From: Octopus vulgaris | Lineage: Eukaryota | Direction of reading: 5' to 3' | DNA: 64,000 bases | Assembly (NCBI GenBank): GCA_951406725.2 | Contig: OX597825.1 | Span: 89,156,001-89,220,000 of the forward strand | Part shown: positions 10,958-23,420 of the stretch, in pieces | Layout: each line of letters starts with the position of its first letter | How positions within the stretch are numbered: the stretch's first letter is position 1 | Translations under genes and position numbers: made by a program | Notes under the pieces: generated by a model | Told to the model about the DNA's origin: nothing | The model's database searches: none | Seen by the model: only the letters and a program-made list of their open reading frames with translations

Positions 10958-11320
10958 GTGGAGGCGCAATGGCCCAGTTGTTTGGGCAGCGGACTCGCGG
11001 TCATAGGATTGCGGTTTCGATTCCCAGACGGGCGTTGTGAGTGTTTGTTGAGTGAAAACACCTAAAAGCTCCACGAGGCTCCGGCAGGGGATGGTGGTGA
11101 TCCCTGCTGTACTCTTTCACCACAACTTTGTCTCACTCTTACTTCCTGTTTCTGTTGTACCTGTATTTCAAGGGACCGGCCTTGTCACTCTCTGTGTCAC
11201 GCTGAATATCCCCGAGAACTGCATTAAGGGTACACGTATCTGTGGAGTGCTCAGCCACTTACACGTTAATTTCGGATCAACCGGAACCCTCATCGTCGTA
11301 ACCGACGGAGTGCTTCCAAA
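10958..11320 (+). mobile_element. tRNA-derived SINE
   Basis: A-box-like TGGCCCAGTTG and B-box-like GGTTTCGATTCC. The same head occurs on the minus strand at ~39050-39235. Confidence 0.75.
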
Positions 11321-11446
11321 GCATTTTAGCTATTATTTCTAGTGGTGTAATCGTTTCCTAACACCCCAGTAACATTTACTGACAATTATAATTCTCCCTT
11401 TCCCTGAAAGACTGCAAACTGCTGTTTATATTAATTATATATATAA

Positions 11447-11839
11447 TCTTTATATATAAAAGTCAAGTTGTGTGTCTGTCTCCTACGATTTTGATTCCTA
11501 ACTACTCCCACATTTTGCGGTGAGTTTTAACCAAAACCGGGTATCTTATAGTCGTCATTCATATCGAGCCCTTCTTGGTATTAGCGCGCGTCTACGATGA
11601 GTCTACGATTAAAAAAAAATTTACCATCATTTTTTCCATTTTAATGCATTTTTTCGCTATTATATAAGGGAAGTAACTCTCTAAAAATATCTACGATGAG
11701 TAACGATTTAAAAAAAATTTACCATCATTTTTTTCCCATTTTTAATGCATTTTTTGGTATTTTTGGGCTATAACTCTCTAAAAATGCTTATATAGTTATT
11801 TCCCTTACAAACCCGAGCAACGCCGGGCGATACTGCTAG
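11447..11839 (+). mobile_element. Non-autonomous Helitron, same family as 10078, with an internal duplication and lacking a segment of that copy
   Basis: A|TC...CCCGAGCAACGCCGGGCGATACTGCTAG|T. The internal ~100-bp unit CTACGATGAGT...TAACTCTCTAAAAAT is present twice. Confidence 0.85.
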
Positions 11840-11927
11840 TATTATATATTTATATTGTGAAATTTGAGTTAATACTCCTAAATTGGATTTTTCCCTGTAA
11901 GTTTGGAGTTATACTCCCTAATATTAT

Positions 11928-11987
<60 letters not shown>

Positions 11988-14900
11988 CGTGTGTGTGTGT
12001 ATAAAGCTGAAAAGCCAGCGTATATATTTGCAATTAATTAAAAAATATAATTTACGTTAGGAACGATAGAGATATTTTTAATTTGCGAACATGTGAACTA
12101 TAAATTAAAGTACAGCGTATTTCTTCACGCTGTGTAAACCAGATAAAACTGTTTTCTAAATACTAAAGAGGTACGTGAAATAAATAAAAAAAACACTATT
12201 GTAACATAAATATTCTTTCATTTTGCAATCCTGTTTCTTCATGTTTTTAAATATTTAGAATAAGAATTTGGGAGGGGGAAAAGAATTACTCCTAAGGGAT
12301 AACTAGTCGCTTGTTCGCAGATTGAATTATATTAAAAGAAAATTCCCATTTGTTTATAGTTTATAGGAATGCTGAAATAGAAAAAAGATCCTTATTATAG
12401 AAATTTTTCCCATCTTCAACTCATAGATTTTGTAAATGAAATATTTCTTTTTTCTTTCCTTTTTTTTTTTCGAGTAGGTGTGATATGGTTACTGAATGAA
12501 AGCAGCTGATCAGAAATATTTAAATGAAAAATATGCAAGATAATTGTAATGATGAATACAATTGTTATATTTAAGTACAAGATATATACTGGTAGACTTT
12601 TAGTTAACGTTTAAACCTGCTTTTATATACAGTATTTTCCAGGAAAGGAAAAGAGTTGAGATTTCATCAGAGACTACCATTTGAACGTCTTTGAAGCTTG
12701 TTTAACAGAGTTACTCGTTGAATGCACGCGCAAAGAGATGAGCACTGTTATAACTCGAATCAATGTCACTGTGTTGCTATGCTGGGCATTTCAAATACCA
12801 ATACTGTTTATCCAGTAGCTTCCGGTATCACTTTTAGCCGATTTTTACTTGTTATACAGTTCACAACTTCGCAACCCCACCGCCATGCTTAACGTCGGAA
12901 TTAAATTTCCGACGGTCTAAATGTACAAGTCTCTAATATCCAAGTGGCTAAAAAGTGTCAGCAAAAAGGAACGGAGGAGTTATGAACTGGATGCGACGCT
13001 TCCCCCTTTCAGTGTAAAATCTTGCCTGAGTGGGGTTTCTTCTCTGAAGACCTTCTGTTGTTTAGTTTTCTTGATATTCTTACCACCATTATTCCTTAAC
13101 ATGTGAAAATAAATGCACGTGCGAAGCTGTAAATCCTTGGGTTTTCGTGTGCATTGATGACATTGTATATCGGTTCACCTCTTTTGAGTGGACATGATTA
13201 CATCGTCGATGGGGTTTTCCTTTGTAAAATGATTTGGCTGTGTAATCAGGTCATGGTTATTGATCTTTCTTCAATAGATACAAAGGATGCTACTGTTAGC
13301 GAGCATTCTGCCTACGTCCCACCAACATTTCCTGATATATCCATCCTGCTGTTATGCTGACCATCAGACGATTAAAATGATTATGAAAACATTACGCGAA
13401 TTACATGAAGTTGTTATTTTTATTAGTTATCCCCCACCTCCAAAACACTCAAATCAAACAAAATTATAATTAGACAAAATTCTAGATGGACTTATCAGTG
13501 TTGTTTTCTCTTCTTCTTTCAAACATTTTAACTTGAAAATTGTTGAAAGATGGAAATGTTTAGTGTGTTTAAAACTGTGGCACATGCAAGTACTGCTTAA
13601 GGAAAATCAAATCGTCTAATATTCTCATTTGTTATGACAGTAGGGTGCGTAATTTGATGGCGAATTCGATGCTATATTTTGCAGATTATAATTCATTATT
13701 AATATTAGGATTGATGTGACCAAACTTCCATCTAAAATGCTCCGCTTATCTAAACAATATAAATATTGAATTCGACATCTGATCTGTGTACTTAAGTGTT
13801 ACTACGACTTGGATCTAAAATTCTCAACTCATCTAAATACTGAACGTGACATCTGATCTTCACAATTAGCAACGTCGCTCCATCATTTATAATTGCCATT
13901 ACAGACAGTAGAAGTGTACTCGAATGTTCATAAATGCCTGTTGGAAAATGGAGGTTCCACCTGGTTAACCTTATGTTACAAGACTGCAATTGTCGTTTAA
14001 GCTACGTGAGTCATTTAGAAATAACAGCTAGATGGCCCTCAAATCACAACCGGCCAAACTAAAAGAGAACTACATAGTAGAAAGGTTAGTCCTAAGAGAT
14101 GTTCACAAATGGCTTGCCTTAATATTTAAACAGCAACACCAACCGATGTCGTATGAACAGAGAAATAGAGTAAAGCTAGCAATTTAATCAATTGTCCTAA
14201 GTTTCTGATATTTTGCATAATTTAATATTGGATTTGTTGTGTAATGTTATAGTGCTTTGTATTGATATCTTTATTAGTTTCAAACAGGTTTATAGGGATG
14301 CAAACAGTTTGGCATTAACACTTTCCTTGATTGCAATCCTACAGCTACTAAAGTGGAATAGTTTAAACCGGAAAATGTGAAGCAGTTTTTCCCATGTACC
14401 TCAATGAGCACTCTGATATTGCACGCAGTAACTTATAATTGATAATACAATACTTATATTACCATACTTTTCGATTTTGATGAATTGCAAAAATATGCGA
14501 TTCTATAACTTGCCTATGTATCAATATATGTTTGTCTCTAACGTTAGATGTGTCGAATTAAAGGGCGACTTTCCTACAAATGTATATTGGCATAATTAAT
14601 CACAGTACTAGAGATGTGGATATTTTTGAAAGCTGTTTCGTGAACTGTTGCTTTTATTTTCGTTGCTCTATTCTTTGCTGCCATGAACAAAGACAGATAC
14701 ATAACTAATTCAAAATTGAACATATTACATATCAAACACATTTAAACATTGTGGTGGACACAGCTTTAATAATTTACTATTTGATGATCGAAACAATTAT
14801 GTTGACGAATAATTGCTAATATAACATGACAACTGACACACTAAAGAAGCCATTAAGAGGCATTGATTTAGTTTGAGACCGCAAAAATAAATGTCGGCGT

Positions 14901-15206
14901 AATGTGAACCTATTATTCTGCAAGTGTGCAAAACAACAAAACACTCGCTGATGTGCCATAATTTGATTTATCGTTTGTACTATTTCAGTCACGAAATCTA
15001 GCAAGCTTCATGGACGATACACACATTGCTAAAATCAGATAATATTAATACAATTTCATGGCCAGATGGGACTATCTAAAATTTAAATAACTACGACTAA
15101 GGAGTTTCTGAGGGTGGTGGAGGATATAATGAACTAAACCCTATTTGGTCGGTGCAAATTAAAATTAACCGATATATGCAAAAGTTATGAAATATGCCCA
15201 GTTTAC

Positions 15207-15321
15207 CTTTGCTCCGATCATTGTTACAAATGTTGCTATCAGCACTATAGACAATGCCATGACATCTGGATGCGTGTCCATCCCGGGTCCAGGGGACCAT
15301 CCTAGTCTCTGGTCAAGATAT
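15207..15321 (-). CDS. SLC7A4-like: Internal exon of the same cationic amino-acid transporter, upstream of the 9076-9213 exon
   Basis: 115-bp exon with acceptor poly(T)AG and donor GTAAAC. It encodes YLDQRLGWSPGPGMDTHPDVMALSIVLIATFVTMIGAK and splices in frame to VTSVVS. This fits the CAT pattern 'PD.LA..I......GA(R/K)VSS'. Confidence 0.85.
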
Positions 15322-15469
15322 CTAAAAAAAAAAAAAGACATACACGTAAAAATGAAAATTATGCAATAATTTAAATGAAGAAATAGACGTTATTGCATTT
15401 TGCGGATTAGTACACATAAAAGTGTGTAATACTACTACTACTAATAATAATAATAAGATTAATAGCTTT

Positions 15470-15650
15470 GGAACAAGACCAGCAATATTGAGGAGAGTGC
15501 GCAGAAGTTGAATGTATTGACCCCAGTACACGGCTGGTATTTACGTTATCGCGCATGAAAGAATGAAAGATAGTCGTCGGCATTTGAACTCAGATGAAAT
15601 GCCGCTAAGCGTTTTGTCTGACGCGCTAACGAGACTGCCACCTCGCCGAA
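15470..15650 (-). mobile_element. Degenerate copy of the abundant tRNA-derived SINE (cf. 37040)
   Basis: TTGACCCCAGT...TTTGAACTCAGA...GAAATGCCGCTAAGC...CGCTAACGA motifs. Confidence 0.6.
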
Positions 15651-17938
15651 TGATTAATAGATGTTGTTGTTTGTTCGGACGCATAACCCTGGAAAATATT
15701 TGAAGGAAGTTTTTTTTAAATGATTTATTAAAAGAACAAATTATCGTCACAAAACATAACATGAGATTAGAGATTGTACGGAATGAAAATTGCTGTTTAA
15801 AATTACTAGATAATTTAACATTAAGCCATCAACTACGGATTTCGAAACGTTACCTTGCGACAATCACTGCATTCTAAGATCCAAATTACTCTTTGCATCG
15901 GACTACAACATCCACTTTAATGACCGCTTTCTATTGAACATTTTATTAGTCTTGGTACTATAAAGCAGCAACATAGTGGAATAGTTATAGAGTCGGAAAC
16001 AATGGTTTGTGGTGTTTATTGGCTTATTTACGTTCTGAGTTCAAATCCTACCAAGTTCATCTCTCTAGGATCGATAAAAGAAATTCCAAGCCATGAGCCA
16101 GCAAGCACGGTATCAACCAACCCCGATTCTCTGCCAAAGTTTTAAAAAAAAATTTAACAGATTGTGAGATGGCAGTATCGTTACTATACCGGAATAAATG
16201 CTTAGCAACGTTTCTTTCTATAATGCTAGATTCTAAGTTTATCAGAACTAAGTCGTAGCAAAAATGCTATTGGTACCTATAATTATCATGGAAGAATAGA
16301 TTAAGATGCATTTTGTGATATGATACGGGAGGAGTAACAGTCCTTTTTACTAAAATATTTTTGAAGTGTAAAATGTATCAACCAGACTTCAGATTTATAG
16401 ATTAAGTAAATATAAATTACTAAAAGGGAATATATATATATATATGTTCTAAAAATTACTTTTGGATAACTGTAATCTCATGAATGTATCCCCTGTAATG
16501 TCGATAAAGAATGTGAAATGTTAAAAGCTCAAGATAACCAAAACAGGTGTCAAGCATATTGCAATTAAAATATAAAGTCGATGTCTGACTGTGGCAAGCT
16601 CCAGTGATTTGCTATTGTACAAACTTGGAGAAATACCTAGAAAGAAGAAGCTCTGTCTTCACACTGACAATCATCAAACTACTGTAACAGTTTCGAAAAT
16701 CACTTACCACATCAAACTGTGTGCGCGTATATATATATACGTTTGTGTGTGTTTTTGTTGTGTGTATGTTAAAAATTCAGTTAATTGGAGAACAAGCATA
16801 AGAATGACAAAGTAACGCTTATCTATTCGAGAATTCAACGCTGCGAGTTAAATTTTCTGTAGAAGTGCAGCTTACTGTGATTTGATTTTATCTGGAGATT
16901 ATATATATAATATAATTTGTGTATGTGTGTGAATGAGTAGATATATTTAGAGATGCTTATAATCGATACATATTTCTTGATTTTCTCCCTTTGATATGTT
17001 TTTTGTATGACCAAAAATGGAATGAGTACAGTTTAACGAGGATGAAGCGTGAGTTTAACCATAATTTACATATAGGTACATAACAAGTAAAGTGTAGGTC
17101 ATATAATTTACCCTATCATTTGCTACTTTCTCTTGCATATTGTATGTAATACTTGCAGGTCTATATATATTTTAAGAAGCTGTTACCATGGTGATAACTG
17201 TTTAATTTATTTATAGCGCGTGCAATCGATCTGTACTCTTGGCTTTTGTACAGCAAAATGTGAACGGAATTCACTATATATAGAGAGATAGGCAGAAATA
17301 TGACACAGATAGTTGACAAATGAATTTGCAGAATAAACAGAAAAGAAAACAGCATAGATGGGCCTCACAACTATCATGGCAATTTCGATACCGTCTAACC
17401 ATATTTTTCACATCTGCAATAGTTATAAACCAACGGATGAGATAGACGAACAACTAAAGAAAAACATGAAACAAGGCAACAGAATATATATGACAGAACA
17501 TTAAATTCAAATTGTGAGAAGAAAAAGTAATGCAAGACTAGCATTTTGACAGAGATCCATAAAAGCTTACTTCGCTAGCAGATTCGTCTTGGTAGATAAC
17601 CATGTTTTGAAACACGCATTTTGGAAGTATAGTTTCAGCAATAAATACGTGCTTGTCTCCCTCACTAATTTTCCACTCAACTATACAATTAATTAACCAA
17701 TGGTTGCTTGAGTAACCGTTTGAACAATCCATTTATCAATTGGTTTTATAGAAACTTATACCTGCCTCTCTTTCTCTCTCATGTACATTATATATATGAG
17801 AAATTGTCCAATATTCTGACTACCTCCTTTTTCTCAATATACAATATTGCACAATTTTTTTTCAGAAAAAATTTCATCAAAACGTGGCAGCATATTAAAA
17901 TACCTTTAAAGGTTAAAATCATAAACGATTTATAAAAA

Positions 17939-18059
17939 AAGGGCAAAAGAAAAATTATTTCCATGCCAATATACTGGTAACAGACTTTAAGTCGTCAAAT
18001 CCACATATTATATAATGATATGTGGAAGTTGGCATGGAAATAATTTTTCTTTTGCCCTT
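17939..18059. repeat. 31-bp perfect inverted repeat with an internal hairpin
   Basis: AAGGGCAAAAGAAAAATTATTTCCATGCCAA (17939-17969) matches 18029-18059 in reverse complement. The inner hairpin is TCCACATAT...ATATGTGGA. Confidence 0.85.
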
Positions 18060-18149
18060 GTTTATAAGTTGAATATATATATGGATATATGAATTTTTTT
18101 TGCGAAATGAGATAAAAAAAAACCATGGCTGTATAGATATTAGAGCATT

Positions 18150-18900
18150 TATAGATAGGTCTTACAGCTGTTTCTAGGATATTAATTAATAATATCCCTT
18201 CATCGGAGACGGTGTGAGAGGAAAAATTAAGTCATAGTTAGTTTTGCTGTGATACAAAATAGAGAGTGAAGTGGAGGAAAGAAAATAGATGTAAGATATG
18301 TATGGGTATTGAATTCATAAATTCGTTTCATGGGTATCATAGTGTATATGTGTAATATTCCAATATCCTTTGAGTAAAATCCAAAAGTCCAACAGAGTTT
18401 AACATTAGTCCATCCAGATGTAGAGTTTATAAGCAATGTAAGATTCTCTTAAAGTTGGTCATTCCCAGCAGGGAATTTATATAGAGTGTAGCAGATTCAA
18501 GGTTTGTGTTTAAACTGACCTAGAAATAGGGAGTGTATGGTCAAATTGAAAACAGGAAGAGAAGAATGACAAAAAAAAACAAGGGAGAGGGAAAAAGAAG
18601 GAGAGAAAGAAAGAATTAAAGAGAAAAAAGAAAGAAGATTAGTAAAAACAAATAAGAAATAAAAACCCTGAAGGTATGAATGAAAGGAATAAGGAAAAGA
18701 AAAGAGAAAAATTAAGATATAGGTTGGTCAGTGGAGATAGTTTTAAATAGGAGTGGGGATAGAGAGAGAAAGGTATTATAGTATAAATGATAGAGGAATG
18801 GTGGGGTTAAGAGGTAGAGGAAGCACTAAGTGTAGTTGTAGCTTTTAATTGTGAGGCAAATATATGAAGATTTAAGGAAATAGTAGTGTTAATTATTCTG
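18150..18900 (-). mobile_element. Probable Penelope-like element 3' relic with a degenerate hammerhead motif
   Basis: The minus strand reads GTCT-CCGATGA-(GGATATTA/TAATATCC stem)-GAAACAGCTGTA-AGAC at ~18160-18210. The adjoining sequence is degraded and CT-rich, and the boundaries are approximate. Confidence 0.4.
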
Positions 18901-19393
18901 AGAAAATATTTATATAAGGACACAGGAAATGTGTCAAGGCCGACAGGAAGCGTCGATGCTTCCTAGGGCTAAACAGCGGTGGTGTAATTCCCTTACTCTC
19001 ACGTGAAGTTGACAGTTTACAACCACTCTATATATACATTTATATATCAGTTAAGTTACAGAGATAAGTTACAAATACAGTCCTCGTATATCATCGTTCC
19101 TACATATGCAGTTATCTATATTTTGCATTTGTACAAATATTTACATATACACAGATGCATGCATATATGCATACCCTCACTCGTACGTGTATACGCGCAC
19201 ATGGGTGTGTGCGTGTATATATGTAAACGAATATAATCAGATTGTTGCATATGTGAGAAACAAGATAGGGGTTATGAGTTAGTGTAAATTTATGAGTTAA
19301 TGGGATTACCTATATGGATAGATAGATATAAGCAAATGTGAGGATAAACACATTAGACAGTCCAATATTTAAAGTATATTAAATACATGAAAC

Positions 19394-19453
<60 letters not shown>

Positions 19454-19699
19454 CAAACTTACACAGAGTACAAATGATATAGAAAATTAAGGCCGTGGAA
19501 GAAAGGTATTAGAAATACCACAGCTGTTTCTGGGGACTCGACGATCAATAATAATATTTGTAGATGAATTCCATCAGAGAAATTCGCATGGATGCATTTG
19601 AAATAGGATGAGACCAGCCTCCGTCTTCAGACAAGATATCTTACATTTGAGATCTTAAAGTAGAGACGTTCAAAGAATGCATATCCCCACATTTCCTTC

Positions 19700-19960
19700 T
19701 ATATATATGTATGTGTGTGTGTGTGCATGGATGTAGGTGTATGTGCGTATGTGCATGTATGTATGTGTATGTGTGTGTGCATGTATGTATGTGTGTGTGC
19801 ATGTATGTGTGTGTATGCATGTATGTGTGTGGATGTGCGGGTGCATAGATGTGTGTGTATGTGTGTATGGATGTGTGTGTACGTATGTGTATGTATGTGT
19901 ATATATGTATGAGTATGTATGTATATGTATGTGTATACGTGTGTGTATATGTTTGTGTAT
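19700..19960. repeat. Compound (TG/TA)n microsatellite
   Basis: Direct inspection. Confidence 0.9.
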
Positions 19961-20100
19961 TTGTGTTTGTCCCCCACCCCAACATCGCTTGACAACCGAT
20001 GCTGGTGTGTTTACGTTCCCGTAACTGAGCAATTCGGCAAAAGAGAACGATAGAATAAGTACTAGGCTTACAAAGAATGTTCTGTGGTCGATTTGCCCGA
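19960..20100 (+). mobile_element. SINE fragment (family of 10600) lacking its tail
   Basis: Homologous to 10640-10775. Confidence 0.7.
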
Positions 20101-20640
20101 CCATATATTTACTCTAACACAACTGCTCGAGCGAGCGAATGAGTACAAGCTGCCTCTTTGCGTTGCGTTTGTAGACTATGAGAAGGCCTTCGACAGCGTC
20201 GAAACCAACGCAGTGCTCAACTCGCAGCAGAGGCAAGGAGTCGGGGCGCAATATGTGCAGCTGCTCAGGGAGGCAAATTCCGGATGCGCCACCGACATAG
20301 CTCTGCTGTCATCACCCGTACGAGTACCGGGCAAGAAGGGAGTGAAGCAAGGAGATGAGATCTCTCCAAAACTTTTCACCGCATGTCTCGAGCAGATCAT
20401 CAGAGGCATTGGCTGGCAACGCGGTGTCAACATCAATGGCGAGCTACTCACCAACCTACGTTTCGCTGATGACATCGTACTCATCGCTGAAACCACGGAT
20501 CAGCTTCAGACCATGCCGACGGAGCTCGACATCAAAAGCTCTGCAGTAGGTCTCGAGATGAACCGCGGTCCGACAACATACCAACAGGTCGAATGGTGAT
20601 CGGCAGTGATGAAATAGAGGAGATAAAGGAATACTAGCCG
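20098..20640 (+). pseudogene. RTE-clade LINE reverse transcriptase fragment
   Basis: DHIFTLTQLLERANEYKLPLCVAFVDYEKAFDSVE, GVKQGDEISPKLF, NLRFADDIVL. Confidence 0.88.
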
Positions 20641-20670
20641 AAACCTATCAAAGTATCAATGTATCAGAGT

Positions 20671-20673
20671 GTG

Positions 20674-20765
<92 letters not shown>

Positions 20766-20767
20766 TA
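20671..20767. repeat. (TA)n(GATA)n microsatellite
   Basis: Direct inspection. Confidence 0.9.
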
Positions 20768-21071
20768 GTACGATTGGTTTCATTAAGCAGCGTGGATTTT
20801 TACAATTCTGTAAATAATAATAGTATTTTATAAGCTTAAAGCTTATAAGCGATCACAGCGCTATGATTAAAGAAAATAATCTAATAATGGGGCAAAGAAG
20901 CAAGGCTAGCGGAAAGAAACAGGGTTGTACGTTGGTGTAAATGGCTAGAACACATATCGCGAAAAAAACACAAAAACCCTTGTGAAAAATAACAACCCAA
21001 GGTTTCGTGGATAAAAAAAATATCAAATCATTTTCAACATTAAAAAAAAAACCGTTGTGTTATCGAAAAAT

Positions 21072-21493
21072 TGGACCTAATACAGATCGCACCTTTCCTT
21101 GAAAAATGCATTTTTTGAAAAGCATTTTTCGGATTCCTAAATTTTAGATGTCAGAGATTCCGAATGTACAAAAGCGAACCACCTTTTCAAAATTTCAAAT
21201 TCCACCCACACCCCAATTTAAAATTTAGAACTTTTTTCAAATTTTTTTAAACCACATTTTCCATATTTAAAATCTTCACCTTACACCAAATTAAAAATTT
21301 TTCAGATTTCACTCCACCTCTCCAGCGTACCTGGTGTACAACACAAATACACATACACACACAAAAACACATCTTTCTGATTTTTTTTTCAGCGGGTTCC
21401 TATGTTTACGATGACGGAGATTCCGAATATGCAAGAAACCACGTTTACAAAACTTTAAACTCAAAAAGCATTGAGATATCTGTATAAAGAGAT

Positions 21494-21526
<33 letters not shown>

Positions 21527-21793
21527 CGAACGGACGAATGGGAACACAGACAGACATAGATATAGACAGATAGATAGATATAAATTTAACGGCTAGGTCT
21601 ACATAGATAGATAAATAAATGGATGAAAAAGTTCAAAATTTAAAATTGGTGTGAAATTTGAAAAGGTGTTGTTTTTGTGTGTTTTTTTATTTTTGCATAG
21701 TCGTAATTCCCGACATCCAAAACGTAGGAATCCGAATTAAATTTTCTTTTAAATGCATTTTTCAAGGAGACGTGCGATTCTGCATTAGCCTCC
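21072..21793. mobile_element. Foldback/MITE-like element with ~170-bp imperfect inverted arms
   Basis: GGACCTAATACAGATCGCAC..CCTTGAAAAATGCATTT..TTCGGATTCCTA (21072-21240) is mirrored by TAGGAATCCGAA..AAATGCATTTTTCAAGG..GTGCGATTCTGCATTAGCCTCC (21625-21793). Confidence 0.6.
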
Positions 21794-22503
21794 ATTTAAG
21801 TTTACATATATCTGTTGAATGGCTCGGTAAGTACCGCAAGCAGGTATGTGGAGCGAGGTATCATTTCATTAAGTCTATTCCGAATCATGCTGAACGTCTC
21901 AATCGCTTTCTTTCAGAGAACAGCAAACTCTATCCGGAGCCTCTTAAAAATGTGGTTTTTTTTGTAACTTTTTCTTGTAATATGCACGTTTATTTTAACG
22001 TAGAACGTTGGGCTAAGGTAAAGAGTGTGCACACTGGTTAGGATTAGTTTTAGGGTTCGTTTGGGGGTTAGGTGGTGTGCACTAGTTTTACCTTCGTTCG
22101 TAACCATCATAAAATGCCAATATCTCTGACACAGTTTGCCTTAATTTTCCATTGCGTTTTTCGTAATCTACACGTTGATTTTACCCAAGAAAACTGTTTT
22201 TGTTTTAATTTGTCGTTGGGAAATATTCTTCATATTTAGCAAAACAAAATATTATTAGAATCAATGAAGCAAAGTAAGCAGTTGGCAATAAATATGCCAT
22301 TTTGGCATTCTTGCCAATAATTTTAGGTATCTTATATCACAAAAACAAATCAAATCGTGTGAATAGATCGTAAGATTGATCCGCATAAACATGTACTCCG
22401 GTCTGGAAAATGCTATAACCGGTTAATGTGTATCACTGGGCATGCGTAACAGGACATGCTGAGAAACACCTCTTCTTTTAAATATATTACTAATGATCCG
22501 ATA

Positions 22504-23289
22504 TCTATAATATATAAATCAAAAGATGTGTGTGTGAGTGACTATTTGCTTCATCCCAAATAAAATCAATATTTCTCAACCGATTTCGTTCCTGCTTTGC
22601 AAATATATCACTTGTGTTCCATAAAAGGTTCTACACTGCTTAGATTTGTCACTTATGGGGTGATATGGAACAATGGGGAATCTAGATTCAGAAGGTCGGA
22701 AAGACCTATAGAGACTATTGTGGACAAAGGAGGTGTGTCTCTATCGCCACATTCTCGGAGAAACATTCTACAACATTCACAAACTGAGATGAGCTGTTTA
22801 TCATACGGCGTGCGGTAAATTCCGTAATTATTTTATTATTATTATTTCTGTGGCTGGAAATGTACATTTCGTTTGATGTCAGCATAAAGTGAATGAGAGA
22901 AAATTGACAGGGACGTGTGTATGTGTTGATGAGGGGTGCGAGACAGAAAGTGTGTTGTGTGTATGTGAGAGAGAGAGAAAGAAAGAGAGAGAGAGAGAAA
23001 GAAAGAGAGAGAGAGAGGGAGAGTAAGAAAAAGAGAGAGAGATGTGTGTTGCTGTGTGTATGTATGTGTGACTATTTTATTTTGCTTGTTTTTTCTCACA
23101 ACCTTTTAAATGTGTGAGTGATTGATAGACAGAGGGGAGAGAGAGAGAGAGAGGGGGAGATAGAGAGAAAGTTATGGCTGTGTTTGTGTGTGAGACAGAG
23201 AGATAGAGAAAGCGTAAATTTTATTTACTTTTTTCTCGCATCTTTTTTAGTGTGTGTGTGTTTGTCAGAGAGAGAGAGGTGTCTTACTC

Positions 23290-23357
<68 letters not shown>

Positions 23358-23420
23358 TGTGTCGCTATGTGTGTGAGACACCATTTCAATTTTGAAAAGT
23401 TCATTCGCCCGAGAAGCACA
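22504..23420 (+). mobile_element. Possible Helitron-like 5' portion followed by (GA)n/(TG)n arrays
   Basis: A|TCTATAATATATAAAT...TGTGTGTG...CAACCGATTTC start resembles the other Helitron 5' ends. I found no 3' CTAG hairpin. Confidence 0.35.

Noticed and set aside
10958-11040. tRNA gene
   Set aside because: It has A/B boxes but no cloverleaf, and it continues into a repeated SINE body.
16500-16638. Minus-strand acceptor-like site upstream of the 15321 exon
   Set aside because: No frame gives the expected CAT sequence and there is no convincing donor.
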